NCBI GenBank assembly: GCA_044433285.1
Contig: JAWXTU010000001.1
Span: 109-64,108 of the forward strand
Source: a bacterium
GTDB lineage: Bacteria; Bacteroidota; Bacteroidia; Bacteroidales; Paludibacteraceae
Direction of reading: 5' to 3'
DNA: 64,000 nt
Position numbers and translations under genes: made by a program. Every line of letters starts with the position of its first letter. The stretch's first letter is position 1. The notes under the pieces were generated by a model, which saw only the letters and a program-made list of their open reading frames with translations, had not been told where the DNA came from and did not search any database. Positions 28,664 through 36,958 of the stretch are shown piece by piece.

Positions 28664-29418
28664 TGATACGAACTACGATAATAACATCCTTACTATTTTT
28701 TGTTTCTTTGCTTTCTGCTCAAGAACTTGAACAGACCCTTTGGCAACAAGCAACAGAACAATACTCTTCACAACAATATACGGAGGCTGCCAATACATAC
28801 GAGCAGATATTGCAGAGTGGCAAATCGGCTGCGCTCTATTATAATTATGCCAATTCACTCTTTAAATCTGGCGAGATAGGAGCGGCGATTCTTAATTATG
28901 AAAGAGCACTTTTACTTGCTCCGTCAGATGAGGATATTAAATTTAATTTGGAGTTTGCCAATCAGCAAAAAAGCGACAAGATAGATAAAGTTGATAAATT
29001 CTTTTTGTTTAGTTGGACTAATGCTCTTATGCACAGATTTACGCCTAATCAGTGGGCATATATGGCTATTACACTGTTTTCATTAACGTTAGCACTGTTA
29101 TTAATTTATTTCTTCTCTAAAAGAAGAGCTATAAGGAAACTTGCTTTTTATCTAGCTATTTCATTGCTTTTTCTCACTATTGTATCGTTTTTGTATTCAT
29201 TTGCATCTAAATCAGAAATGGTTAAGCGCGCGCCAGCTATCGTTATGGTAGGTTCGGTTTCGGTTAATAGTGCCCCAGATGTTAGTGGCACTGAGGTGTT
29301 TGTATTGCATGAGGGCACAAAGGTATATATCAAAAGTCAGTTGACAGATTGGAGCGAAATATCTATAGAGAGTGGTAATATCGGATGGATACCTACTTCC
29401 GCTATAGAGCCTATCTAA
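28663..29418 (+). CDS. batE: BatE (TPR plus C-terminal SH3-like domain)
   Basis: Signal peptide, TPR, two TMs. The C-terminus (VLHEGTKVYIKSQLTDWSEISIESGNIGWIPTSAIEPI) is SH3b-like. The start overlaps the batD stop by 1 nt (TAATG). Confidence 0.75.
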   Translation: MIRTTIITSLLFFVSLLSAQELEQTLWQQATEQYSSQQYTEAANTYEQILQSGKSAALYYNYANSLFKSGEIGAAILNYERALLLAPSDEDIKFNLEFANQQKSDKIDKVDKFFLFSWTNALMHRFTPNQWAYMAITLFSLTLALLLIYFFSKRRAIRKLAFYLAISLLFLTIVSFLYSFASKSEMVKRAPAIVMVGSVSVNSAPDVSGTEVFVLHEGTKVYIKSQLTDWSEISIESGNIGWIPTSAIEPI

Positions 29419-29431
29419 TAGTACATTTTCA

Positions 29432-30097
29432 ATGAATAGCCTCATAGAATTTGATCAGAATATTACCCTTTTTCTTAATGGGTGTCATTCATCGTATTTT
29501 GATTCATTCTTTTTCCTATACACAGATTTAAAGACGTGGATACCACTTATTTTGTTAGTTATGTATGTTGCGTGGCGGCAGTGGGGTATTAAGGCTTTAT
29601 ATTTCTATTTGGCAGTAGCATTGGTTATCTTTTTGTCCGATCAGTTCTCTTCATCACTAATAAAACCGCTTTTTGCTCGTCCACGTCCTACACATGAACC
29701 TTTAATTGCTGACCTAGTGCACACCGTAAACGGCTATCGAGGCGGAAGATATGGCTTTGTTTCATCACATTCAGCCAATTCATTTGCCTTCGCCCTCCTT
29801 AGTTTACTGTTGTTTAAGCGTACCCTTTATTCGTTTTCTATTCTTTTTTGGGCATTTATTACAGCTTATTCCAGAGTTTATTTGGGCGTACATTATGTCG
29901 GAGATATATTTTTTGGCGCATTAGTTGGCGTTTTTTTTGCGTTTTTATTATATTATATATTAAAACGCTTACCATTTGTTACTTTTATTCGAGAAAATTC
30001 AATACTATCTAAATTTAATAATCGCCTGATTATCATAGGTTTTATGCTATTGTATTTAATGCTCTTTATAATATCATATATCTCTGTAATTCAGTAA
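29432..30097 (+). CDS. PAP2-family lipid phosphatase
   Basis: KPLFARPRP, SSHSANSFA, SRVYLGVHYVGD: the three PAP2 acid-phosphatase motifs. Polytopic membrane protein. Confidence 0.85.
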   Translation: MNSLIEFDQNITLFLNGCHSSYFDSFFFLYTDLKTWIPLILLVMYVAWRQWGIKALYFYLAVALVIFLSDQFSSSLIKPLFARPRPTHEPLIADLVHTVNGYRGGRYGFVSSHSANSFAFALLSLLLFKRTLYSFSILFWAFITAYSRVYLGVHYVGDIFFGALVGVFFAFLLYYILKRLPFVTFIRENSILSKFNNRLIIIGFMLLYLMLFIISYISVIQ

Positions 30098-30166
30098 GTT
30101 ATCTGATATTTGTCATTTTTTTTAAAAAAAAGTATAAAAATATTTGGTGGATTTGAAATATATTTA

Positions 30167-30174
30167 TAAATTTG
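30167..30174 (+). promoter_or_regulatory. -7 box TAaaTTTG upstream of the 81-aa ORF
   Basis: Lies 50 nt upstream of the ATG at 30224. Confidence 0.4.
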
Positions 30175-30223
30175 AGGTGTAAAAAATATACTTATTTTTA
30201 TTAACTCTTAAAATCTAAATATT

Positions 30224-30469
30224 ATGACAAAGACAATCACGTTTAACGAACTTAGAAGAATCAAAGACAGTCTGCCAGATGGCAGTATGCAAAGTATTGC
30301 AGATGAGTTAGGACTTAAAGTTGAAACTGTACGCAATTACTTTGGTGGTCACAATTATAAGGATGGTAACGGTTGTGGTATTCACATAGAACCAGGTCCT
30401 GATGGTGGTATGGTTATGTTAGATGACACTACTATACTAGAATTAGCACAAAGAATTATTGAGGAATAG
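30224..30469 (+). CDS. Small hypothetical protein, possible HTH DNA-binding
   Basis: 81 aa. The segment SMQSIADELGLKVETVRNY looks like a helix-turn-helix. Has its own -7 box and a strong downstream hairpin. Confidence 0.5.
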   Translation: MTKTITFNELRRIKDSLPDGSMQSIADELGLKVETVRNYFGGHNYKDGNGCGIHIEPGPDGGMVMLDDTTILELAQRIIEE

Positions 30470-30516
30470 TTGAAGTAGTTGTAATACTTCGTCTTCTAAT
30501 AAAGTGCTGTTAGCAC

Positions 30517-30550
30517 AAAAGGGTCTATATCGCGAGATATAGACCCTTTT
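30517..30550 (+). terminator. Strong hairpin after the 81-aa ORF
   Basis: AAAAGGGTCTATATC-GCGA-GATATAGACCCTTTT: perfect 11-bp GC-containing stem extended by A/T runs. Confidence 0.7.
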
Positions 30551-30592
30551 GTGTGGGGATATTCCTCTATTGTCAGTGTTAAAAATATTTTA

Positions 30593-30600
30593 TACCTTTG
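30593..30600 (+). promoter_or_regulatory. -7 box TAccTTTG upstream of the BspA LRR gene
   Basis: Partial -33 (aTTG) 20 nt upstream. About 100 nt before the ATG at 30700. Confidence 0.5.
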
Positions 30601-30699
30601 CAGTCGAATTTGTGTATTATTATCATCTTTTGTATGGTGTTGTTTTTCCATAGTATAACAACTGACAAATCAATAATTATTATTTAAAGCTAAATTTAT

Positions 30700-32532
30700 A
30701 TGAAAAAACTTTTTTTACTTTTTGCTGTATTAACAGCATTTACATTCTCTGCAAAAGCAGAGGATTTTTCGGCGGTAAACTCCGATGGCGTTACTATTTA
30801 TTATAATATCACTGATGCTTCGGCTTTGACAGTAGAGGTAACGTATGAGGGTGATATTATGTATTATTCTTCTGACCCATATAGTGGAGATGTTAATATT
30901 CCAAGCACAGTTACTTATAGTGGAACCATATATTCGGTAACGTCAATTGGTTCTTATGCGTTTTATGAATGCACAGGCTTAAGTAGTGTTGCTATTCCTG
31001 AGGGCGTAATGTCAATTGGCTCCTCTGCGTTTTATGAATGCACAGGCTTAAGTAGCATCACTATCCCCGAGGGTGTAACTTCTATTGGTTCTTGGGTGTT
31101 TTCTGACTGCACAGAATTAATTAATATTACTATTCCAGAAGGTTTGACTTTGATTAGTTTAGGAGCGTTTGCAGGTTGCACAAGTTTAAGTAGTATAACT
31201 ATTCCGGAGGGCGTAACCTCGATTGACTGGAGAGCGTTTTATGGTTGCAGTAATTTAAGTAGTATAACTATTCCCGAAAGCGTAACGTATATTGCTTATG
31301 ACACGTTTTATGGTACTTCGTGGTTAAATAATCAATCAGATGGGGTTGTTTATATAGGTAGTTTATTGTATTCTTATAACGGAGAGATGCCATCAAACAC
31401 TACAATAGTAGTTAAGGATGCTACAACGTCTATTGGCGAACGAGCATTTTATAATTGCAGTAATTTAAGTAGTATCACTATTCCCGAAAGTGTAACGTCT
31501 ATTGGCTCTTCTTCTTTTTATGGTTGCACGGGTTTAAGTAGTATCACTATTCCCGAAGGTGTAACGTCTATTGGTGAAGATTCGTTTTATAATTGCAGTA
31601 ATTTAAGTTTTATCTCTGTACCAGAGAGTTTAACGTTTATTGGTGGTGGTGCTTTAACAGGTACACCTTGGTTGAATGATCAACAAGATGGGGTATTATA
31701 TGTATCTAGCGTCCTTTATTGTTACGTGGGTGATATGCCTGCTAATACAGAAATAGATGTAAATGATGGTACCACAGCGATTTGTGGAGGAGCATTTGAA
31801 GATTATACAAATTTAAGCAAAATCACAATTCCTGAATCTGTAATTTCTGTTGGTTTTGAGACCTTTTTTGGTTGTACTGGTTTAAGTACTGTGATATTTA
31901 ATGCTGATAGTTGCGATTTTAGTGATGCTGTGTGGAGTGATGGTAGTATTTTATCAGGGATAGTAACGGTAGGTAGTAATGTAAGACATATACCCGCATA
32001 TTTTATGTCTTTTCAAACAAATTTGACTAGTTTTGTTATACCAGAATCTGTAACTTCTGTAGGAGCGGCGGCATTTGGGGCTTGTATAAGTTTAAGTAGT
32101 ATTACTATACCAAAATCAGTAACTTCAATTGGTGATGCAGCCTTTTATTATTGTACAGGTCTCTCTGAGTTGTATGTATATGCTATCGTACCTCCAACAA
32201 TTGAATCGGAAACTTTTTATGAAGTAGATCGTTCTATCCCAGTATATGTTCCAGAAGCTAGTGTGGCGGATTATCAAGCACATGAATATTGGAGTGAGTT
32301 TAATATCCAAGGTATTAGCGAAACTGTTACTGCAGCAGAATCAGTTAAAGCTGACGAAATAGATTTTATCCAAAATGGTAATACTATCAGCTTTACCGAA
32401 GAACAACAAGTGAGTGTATACAGCATTAATGGTGTTTGTGTCTTTTCAGGCATCACTCGTGATTTGCAACTCACAACTCGCGGTATTTATGTGGTGGTAA
32501 CCACTTCTGGCGTAACCAAGGTGATTATCTAA
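30700..32532 (+). CDS. BspA-type leucine-rich-repeat surface protein with T9SS-like C-terminal sorting tail
   Basis: Signal peptide. About 23-aa LRR units (...CT.LSSITIPE.VTSIG..AF...) repeated many times. The last ~70 aa are beta-rich like a Por secretion tail. Confidence 0.85.
   Translation: MKKLFLLFAVLTAFTFSAKAEDFSAVNSDGVTIYYNITDASALTVEVTYEGDIMYYSSDPYSGDVNIPSTVTYSGTIYSVTSIGSYAFYECTGLSSVAIPEGVMSIGSSAFYECTGLSSITIPEGVTSIGSWVFSDCTELINITIPEGLTLISLGAFAGCTSLSSITIPEGVTSIDWRAFYGCSNLSSITIPESVTYIAYDTFYGTSWLNNQSDGVVYIGSLLYSYNGEMPSNTTIVVKDATTSIGERAFYNCSNLSSITIPESVTSIGSSSFYGCTGLSSITIPEGVTSIGEDSFYNCSNLSFISVPESLTFIGGGALTGTPWLNDQQDGVLYVSSVLYCYVGDMPANTEIDVNDGTTAICGGAFEDYTNLSKITIPESVISVGFETFFGCTGLSTVIFNADSCDFSDAVWSDGSILSGIVTVGSNVRHIPAYFMSFQTNLTSFVIPESVTSVGAAAFGACISLSSITIPKSVTSIGDAAFYYCTGLSELYVYAIVPPTIESETFYEVDRSIPVYVPEASVADYQAHEYWSEFNIQGISETVTAAESVKADEIDFIQNGNTISFTEEQQVSVYSINGVCVFSGITRDLQLTTRGIYVVVTTSGVTKVII
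30958..31055 (+). repeat. Perfect 29-nt direct repeat inside the BspA LRR gene (30958-30986 and 31027-31055)
   Basis: GCGTTTTATGAATGCACAGGCTTAAGTAG occurs twice, 69 nt (one 23-aa LRR unit) apart. Further near-identical LRR units occur around 31234 and 31443. Confidence 0.9.
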
Positions 32533-32551
32533 TCCACCTTAAACCAAAAAT

Positions 32552-32597
32552 AAAAATCCGATAAGAGTTTTGTTAATCGAACTCTTATCGGATTTTT
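32552..32597. terminator. Bidirectional hairpin between the convergent BspA and DUF1566 genes
   Basis: AAAAATCCGATAAGAGTT-(10-nt loop)-AACTCTTATCGGATTTTT: perfect 18-bp arms with A-run/T-run flanks. Confidence 0.7.
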
Positions 32598-32625
32598 GGT
32601 AATGTGTTCAAAAATAGTTGGTGGA

Positions 32626-33903
32626 CTACTTTACATCACGTACCAAGCGTACAAAATTGTGATATCTCTCTTCTCCGCCTTCAACTGCTATATCGTTATT
32701 GGCTTTAGAGTCAAATCTTACAGCTCCAGCTCCGTGGAAATCTTTTCCTTGATTATTAACGGCACGACCAAATGCCACATACCATGCAAAATAATATGGT
32801 GTACCTTTTCTAAAGCAGGCAGAAGTATTTGTCCAATAATATCCAAAATCTGCATCTTTAGCCTCGTTTACAAATTGAGTACAATTGAAAATAGGGTCAA
32901 TTGCAGCCTCTAGTGTTTCATTGCTTGGTGCACGAGAATAATCAACAATACTTTGTAGCTCTTTTACGTTTGGTAGTCTCAAATCGCTGTACCCTGCCAA
33001 TGTAGCCCCCTCGGCATATATCAGAGCATCTGTCCATTCTATCCCCTTGCCATTGTCATCTTTAGCCCACATTAGTCCTGTTGCTTTATCCGATATAGTT
33101 CCATCGCCATTATCAACAAATTTATTTTCACCATAGATATTTCCTCTAACGGCACGAACTTGTTTAGCCATCGGATTTCCCATCATCATTGGTCTGCTAT
33201 TTTGGTCATTGCCTTGTGGCATAGGAGGGCGTTGTCTTGCTTCACCGTTTTCATCTTCGTCGCGGCGTTCACCTCTCTGGCGCATAGGAGGGCGTTGTTG
33301 CGTTGTGTCATTACCCATTTCGCCCTCTCTTCTTCTCATATTTGAACCAGCTGGATAGGCTTTTATATGACCAGTAACGTGGTTTACTCCAAAGGCAGCG
33401 TCATTTCTTCCCTCTACAGTTTCACCTACATATTTATGGTCAGCCCAAAACTGTTCATCTTTTGTTACTCGTCCAGTAGCGAGTTTAAAAAATGTTGTGT
33501 CTAGATAGGGCCAGCCCTCGTTGAAATCGCTTATAGAGAATAGCTCTTTAGCTGTAGGGAGTCGCCAATCAGAATAACCGCCAAACTCTAGATTTTCGCA
33601 ATACTCTTTGGCTTCTGCCTACGTCATACCCTCCATTGGTGGAGTTTGTTGCCACATAAGTCCTGTGTTAGAGTCAGTAACTGTTCCATCGCCATTATCT
33701 TTGAACTCTAATTTAGAGTCTACGATATAGTTCGCATCTTGACCATATAGCGGATCGCCCTTTTGTGGCGTATCAATTACATTGCCATTTGCATCATAAC
33801 ACTGAGTTTGTCCTGTGGCATTAATTTTGTAGCTAACTTGACTGCTACAACTAAAGCAAATAAATGCACATGCTAAAGTTGCTAAAAGATTTGTAGTCTT
33901 CAT
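32626..33903 (-). pseudogene. DUF1566 (Lcl C-terminal-like) lipoprotein gene with two DUF1566 modules, interrupted by one in-frame TAG
   Basis: ORFs 33619..33903 and 32626..33339 are in the same frame. The 279 nt between them also read open (AEAKEYCENLEFGGYSDWRLPTAKELFSISDF...). The only interruption is TAG at 33619-33621, at the position occupied by Trp in the second module (GMT*AEAKEYCE versus GIEWTDALIYAE). Confidence 0.75.
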
Positions 33904-33984
33904 ACTTTGTTTGATTATAGATTATTGTAAAAGTTTTATAATCAAACGTATAACTGTGTGGAATATTGTATTAAAAGGGGGAGT

Positions 33985-34722
33985 TTACAACTCTTCTACA
34001 TTTAGTCGTAGATATAAATCCTCTGTCTGTTGTGGATTTTTTGAATTATATATTATCTGGTCGTCATTCATATGCTTGATGTATAAAAATGGCTCTTCTG
34101 CAGAATCTAAGAATAATCGGCATTTTCCTATACTATCTACTTTGAAATGACCTTTCTTAATATCGCCGAGCGAAAGTCCATTCGTACGTCTTAAAATTTT
34201 GGGCATTTTCTCCCATAATTCAACTTTTTCTATCTCTGAAAAATTTATCGTGATACCATAACTTCCAGTAAATTCAATCTTTTCGTCGGTAATATTCACT
34301 GCTGTTGGGGTAGAATTTCTCCATATAAATAGGCTTGCAATTACGGTGATGCTAATAAGTATAACTGGCACGCTAATAAGTATAACTGGCACTAAGATTT
34401 TCTCTAATCTGCTCTTTTTATTTTTATCATATTTTTGAGCAATAGTAGTGGCTATTAGCACACCTATAATGATGACAATAAGAGATATAATTGTTCGAGT
34501 AGAGAATTGCATTGATGAGAAAAGTGGTGTCGCCAGCAGTAGGTTGATAACGCCAATAATTATCATCCCTTTTTTATGAACATTTCCGATAGCGGGTAAA
34601 TCTATGTTCCTCTTTTTCTCTTCCGACATTGTGTTGATACCAGATATGAGATTAGGAAATCTCCCAACCAACATTCCCATCCCAATAAAAAACACTCCAA
34701 AAATTATAAATGTCATTTCCAT
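33985..34722 (-). CDS. Membrane protein with N-terminal TM bundle and C-terminal bacterial PH-like domain
   Basis: 245 aa. Four or five predicted TMs, then a soluble beta-rich C-terminal domain. Contains a duplicated VPVILIS heptapeptide. Confidence 0.65.
   Translation of the reverse strand: MEMTFIIFGVFFIGMGMLVGRFPNLISGINTMSEEKKRNIDLPAIGNVHKKGMIIIGVINLLLATPLFSSMQFSTRTIISLIVIIIGVLIATTIAQKYDKNKKSRLEKILVPVILISVPVILISITVIASLFIWRNSTPTAVNITDEKIEFTGSYGITINFSEIEKVELWEKMPKILRRTNGLSLGDIKKGHFKVDSIGKCRLFLDSAEEPFLYIKHMNDDQIIYNSKNPQQTEDLYLRLNVEEL
34351..34392. repeat. Perfect 21-bp tandem duplication inside the PH-domain membrane protein gene
   Basis: GCTAATAAGTATAACTGGCAC occurs twice back to back (34351-34371, 34372-34392). 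It is in frame and duplicates VPVILIS in a TM segment. Confidence 0.95.
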
Positions 34723-34755
34723 CTGTATGAAATTTTAAAGATAAATATTATGTTG

Positions 34756-34763
34756 CAAAGATA
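34756..34763 (-). promoter_or_regulatory. -7 box TAtcTTTG (minus strand) upstream of the PH-domain membrane protein gene
   Basis: Plus-strand CAAAGATA, 34 nt upstream of the ATG at 34722. Confidence 0.45.
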
Positions 34764-34935
34764 ATGATTTTTTTTCACTATTTCTCTCTAAAAATTATTA
34801 TTCTCCTGATTTTTCAAAAAAAGTTGCATTTACTAATGGAATATTCGTTTACGATTAACCCCCAAAATAGCGGAAACAAAAACGGATACCTCACAAAAAA
34901 AAGCATCGATAATCGAAAGATTATCGGTGCTTTAG

Positions 34936-35009
34936 CGGTATGGACGGGACTCGAACCCGCGACCCCCTGCGTGACAGGCAGGTATTCTAACCAGCTGAAC
35001 TACCACACC
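34936..35009 (-). tRNA. tRNA-Asp (anticodon GTC)
   Basis: The reverse complement is GGTGTGGTAGTTCAGCTGGTTAGAATACCTGCCTGTCACGCAGGGGGTCGCGGGTTCGAGTCCCGTCCATACCG. It has a 7-bp acceptor stem, anticodon stem CCTGC/GCAGG with loop CTGTCAC, and a GGTTCGAGTCC T-loop. CCA is not encoded. Confidence 0.93.
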
Positions 35010-35508
35010 ATTTTAGTCGCCTTTTGTGAGATTGACTAGTTTGTTGTCGCTACAACTCCCATTTGTTACTGCTTATCTAGTAGTATATCTCTCTCATAAA
35101 AGTGATGCAAAGATAAGGGCTTTTTCTTTAACTACCAAATTTTCTAACCACTTTTTTTGCTATTATGCGCACTTTTTTCTTTTATGGTTTTAAATCTTTT
35201 CTTTTTCAGATAGTTATATTATGCGCTTTTGTTGATATTTTTCTTTCTTTGGACTAATTAGGCGTAATAAATAGACATTTTTTGCTAAAAATCCCAGTTT
35301 TTCGTACTCTAATTGAGCTTCTGTATTACCCGAAACGTCATTTTTTTCTGGAGTTGCTGTTTTTTTATGCAATTTTGCCCTCTATTTTTGTGCCGAAATC
35401 TAACACAAATTCAACAAAACTATAACATAAACCTAACAAAATTTGACGAGAAACGAATCAAATTAATTAATTGATGTGATTTAAGAGTGATAATTGGAAA
35501 AAAAATCG

Positions 35509-35516
35509 TAACTTTG
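35509..35516 (+). promoter_or_regulatory. -7 box TAacTTTG upstream of ORF 35656
   Basis: Lies upstream of repeat copy E, which would therefore be transcribed as 5' UTR. Confidence 0.4.
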
Positions 35517-35550
35517 CATTTGTAAAAAGAGTGGTAATAAAATAGTTTTT

Positions 35551-35623
35551 GAGAACTTCTAAAAGCTGCTTTGTTTCTATTTTTAAGTTTAATTTTTAGT
35601 TTGGGGAGTTTTTAGAAGCCCCC
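35551..35623 (+). repeat. Minimal (73 bp) internally deleted copy E of the element
   Basis: Left end GAGAACTTCTAAAAGCTGCTTTG and right end TTTAATTTTTAGTTTGGGGAGTTTTTAGAAGCCCCC match both ends of copies A and B. Confidence 0.75.
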
Positions 35624-35655
35624 TTGTATAAATCCCTTAATAAGTCGACTAAATT

Positions 35656-36726
35656 ATGATTAAAAGAGTATTGGCGTTAGTAATAGTAGCTGTGTCGCTA
35701 TCTTTATCAGCACAAACAAATGTGCAACCATATAACCGAGCAAATCAAGTATCAGATGGTATCATTTACTCTTTGCCGAAAGCGGAATTGAATTTTTGGG
35801 TTACGGCTGAGTGTGTTATTGAAGAACCAGGTATGTTTTATCAATATGCTAAAAGATATTTTGGCACGAATGATGTAATTGTAGAGTCGAAAAATGAGTG
35901 GAAATTGCAAGATCTGGTAATCTCTTCTACAGCTATCGAAGATACATCGCGTACATATCAAGTGATGCCAACAACTAAAGGTGTATCAAATAATTTGCAT
36001 TTTTATCACCATACTAATCTCATTTCGGGTGTAAATCTTAGTTCAGAAGCTGCATCTAATGTAAATCGTAGAGCTATTTGCCCAGTAAAGCATAATGAAC
36101 CATCTCAAAATATTGAGTTTAATTATAACTATTTGAGCGAAGAGGTACTTGTTGCTACATCTATCCCTAAAATGGCGGAGATGGCAGCTATGCAGATATA
36201 CAGTATTAGAGAGAACCGCACGGCTCTTCTTGCAGGCAATGTGGATAATATGCCAGATGGCGATGCGCTGAAATTAATCATTGAAGAGTATAACCGTGCT
36301 GAATCTGAGTTGCTAGCTCTATTTGTTGGAAAACGTATCTCATTCACTCAATCAAGAAGTTACAGTTTTACCCCAGATGCTGACATCAATAATTACATTC
36401 TTTTCCGTTTGAGCTCAATCAGTGGATTGGTAGATGCCGATGATATTATGGGTACTCCAGTATATTTGTCTATCGAGGGTAGTTATCTAACTGCTCCTGA
36501 GTTGGACGAAAAGGCAAAACCTAAAAAATATATTGGTTTCTATTATAATGTGCCTGGTTCGGCTGTAGTAACAGTATCTGACAAAGATAGCGTTAAGCGC
36601 ACGCGAGTAATATCTCTTCCTCAATTTGGATACACAGCTAATTTACTGTCAACCTCTACTGATAGTGATACGGCAGAAATCGAGTATAACCCAGAATTGG
36701 GAACAATAAAAAGAGTTCAAAAGTAA
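35656..36726 (+). CDS. Secreted hypothetical protein (possibly DUF4831-like)
   Basis: 356 aa, signal peptide (VAVSLSLSAQ). The family assignment is from memory only. Confidence 0.6.
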   Translation: MIKRVLALVIVAVSLSLSAQTNVQPYNRANQVSDGIIYSLPKAELNFWVTAECVIEEPGMFYQYAKRYFGTNDVIVESKNEWKLQDLVISSTAIEDTSRTYQVMPTTKGVSNNLHFYHHTNLISGVNLSSEAASNVNRRAICPVKHNEPSQNIEFNYNYLSEEVLVATSIPKMAEMAAMQIYSIRENRTALLAGNVDNMPDGDALKLIIEEYNRAESELLALFVGKRISFTQSRSYSFTPDADINNYILFRLSSISGLVDADDIMGTPVYLSIEGSYLTAPELDEKAKPKKYIGFYYNVPGSAVVTVSDKDSVKRTRVISLPQFGYTANLLSTSTDSDTAEIEYNPELGTIKRVQK

Positions 36727-36730
36727 TAAA

Positions 36731-36933
36731 GGGGATTTATAAAAACTGCTTTGCAGAAATTTTTGAAAAATTATTAGAACTATTTTGACTAGCATATAAC
36801 GAGTTTAGCGGGCTAAATGAGTGATATAAGAGGTAAAATAGACTAATAAGGATTAAAAATAACGCAAAAGAACAGTTTTAGGTCTCACTTTATAAATTTA
36901 AATTTTTTAATCAGGGAGTTTTTAGAAGTCCCC
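36731..36933 (+). repeat. Full-length copy B (203 bp) of the same element
   Basis: Collinear with copy A over its whole length. The central ~70 nt differ from A at a single position. Confidence 0.85.
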
Positions 36934-36958
36934 TAAAGTCCTTCCCCTATAATATATT

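Noticed and set aside
32596-33345. Plus-strand ORFs 32596..32913 and 33160..33345
   Set aside because: They are antisense to the DUF1566 coding frame, which shows two recognisable domain copies.
33619-33621. Possibility that the in-frame TAG reflects stop-codon reassignment or programmed read-through
   Set aside because: TAG is used as the ordinary terminator of several well-defined genes here, for example at 20661-20663, 22677-22679 and 32626-32628. This is a single event at a Trp (TGG) position. A point mutation or a sequencing error is far more parsimonious.
33911-34150. 79-aa plus-strand ORF
   Set aside because: It overlaps the 3' part of the minus-strand PH-domain membrane protein gene and the promoter region of the DUF1566 gene. 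No features support it.
30100-35009. Idea that tRNA-Asp marks the attachment site of an integrated island carrying the BspA, DUF1566 and PH-domain genes
   Set aside because: No integrase or recombinase gene is present, and I could not find a direct repeat of the tRNA 3' end anywhere in the flanking sequence. The region is better described as an ordinary accessory surface-protein neighbourhood.
34764-35039. 91-aa plus-strand ORF
   Set aside because: Its C-terminal third is simply the antisense of tRNA-Asp (34936-35009), so it is spurious.
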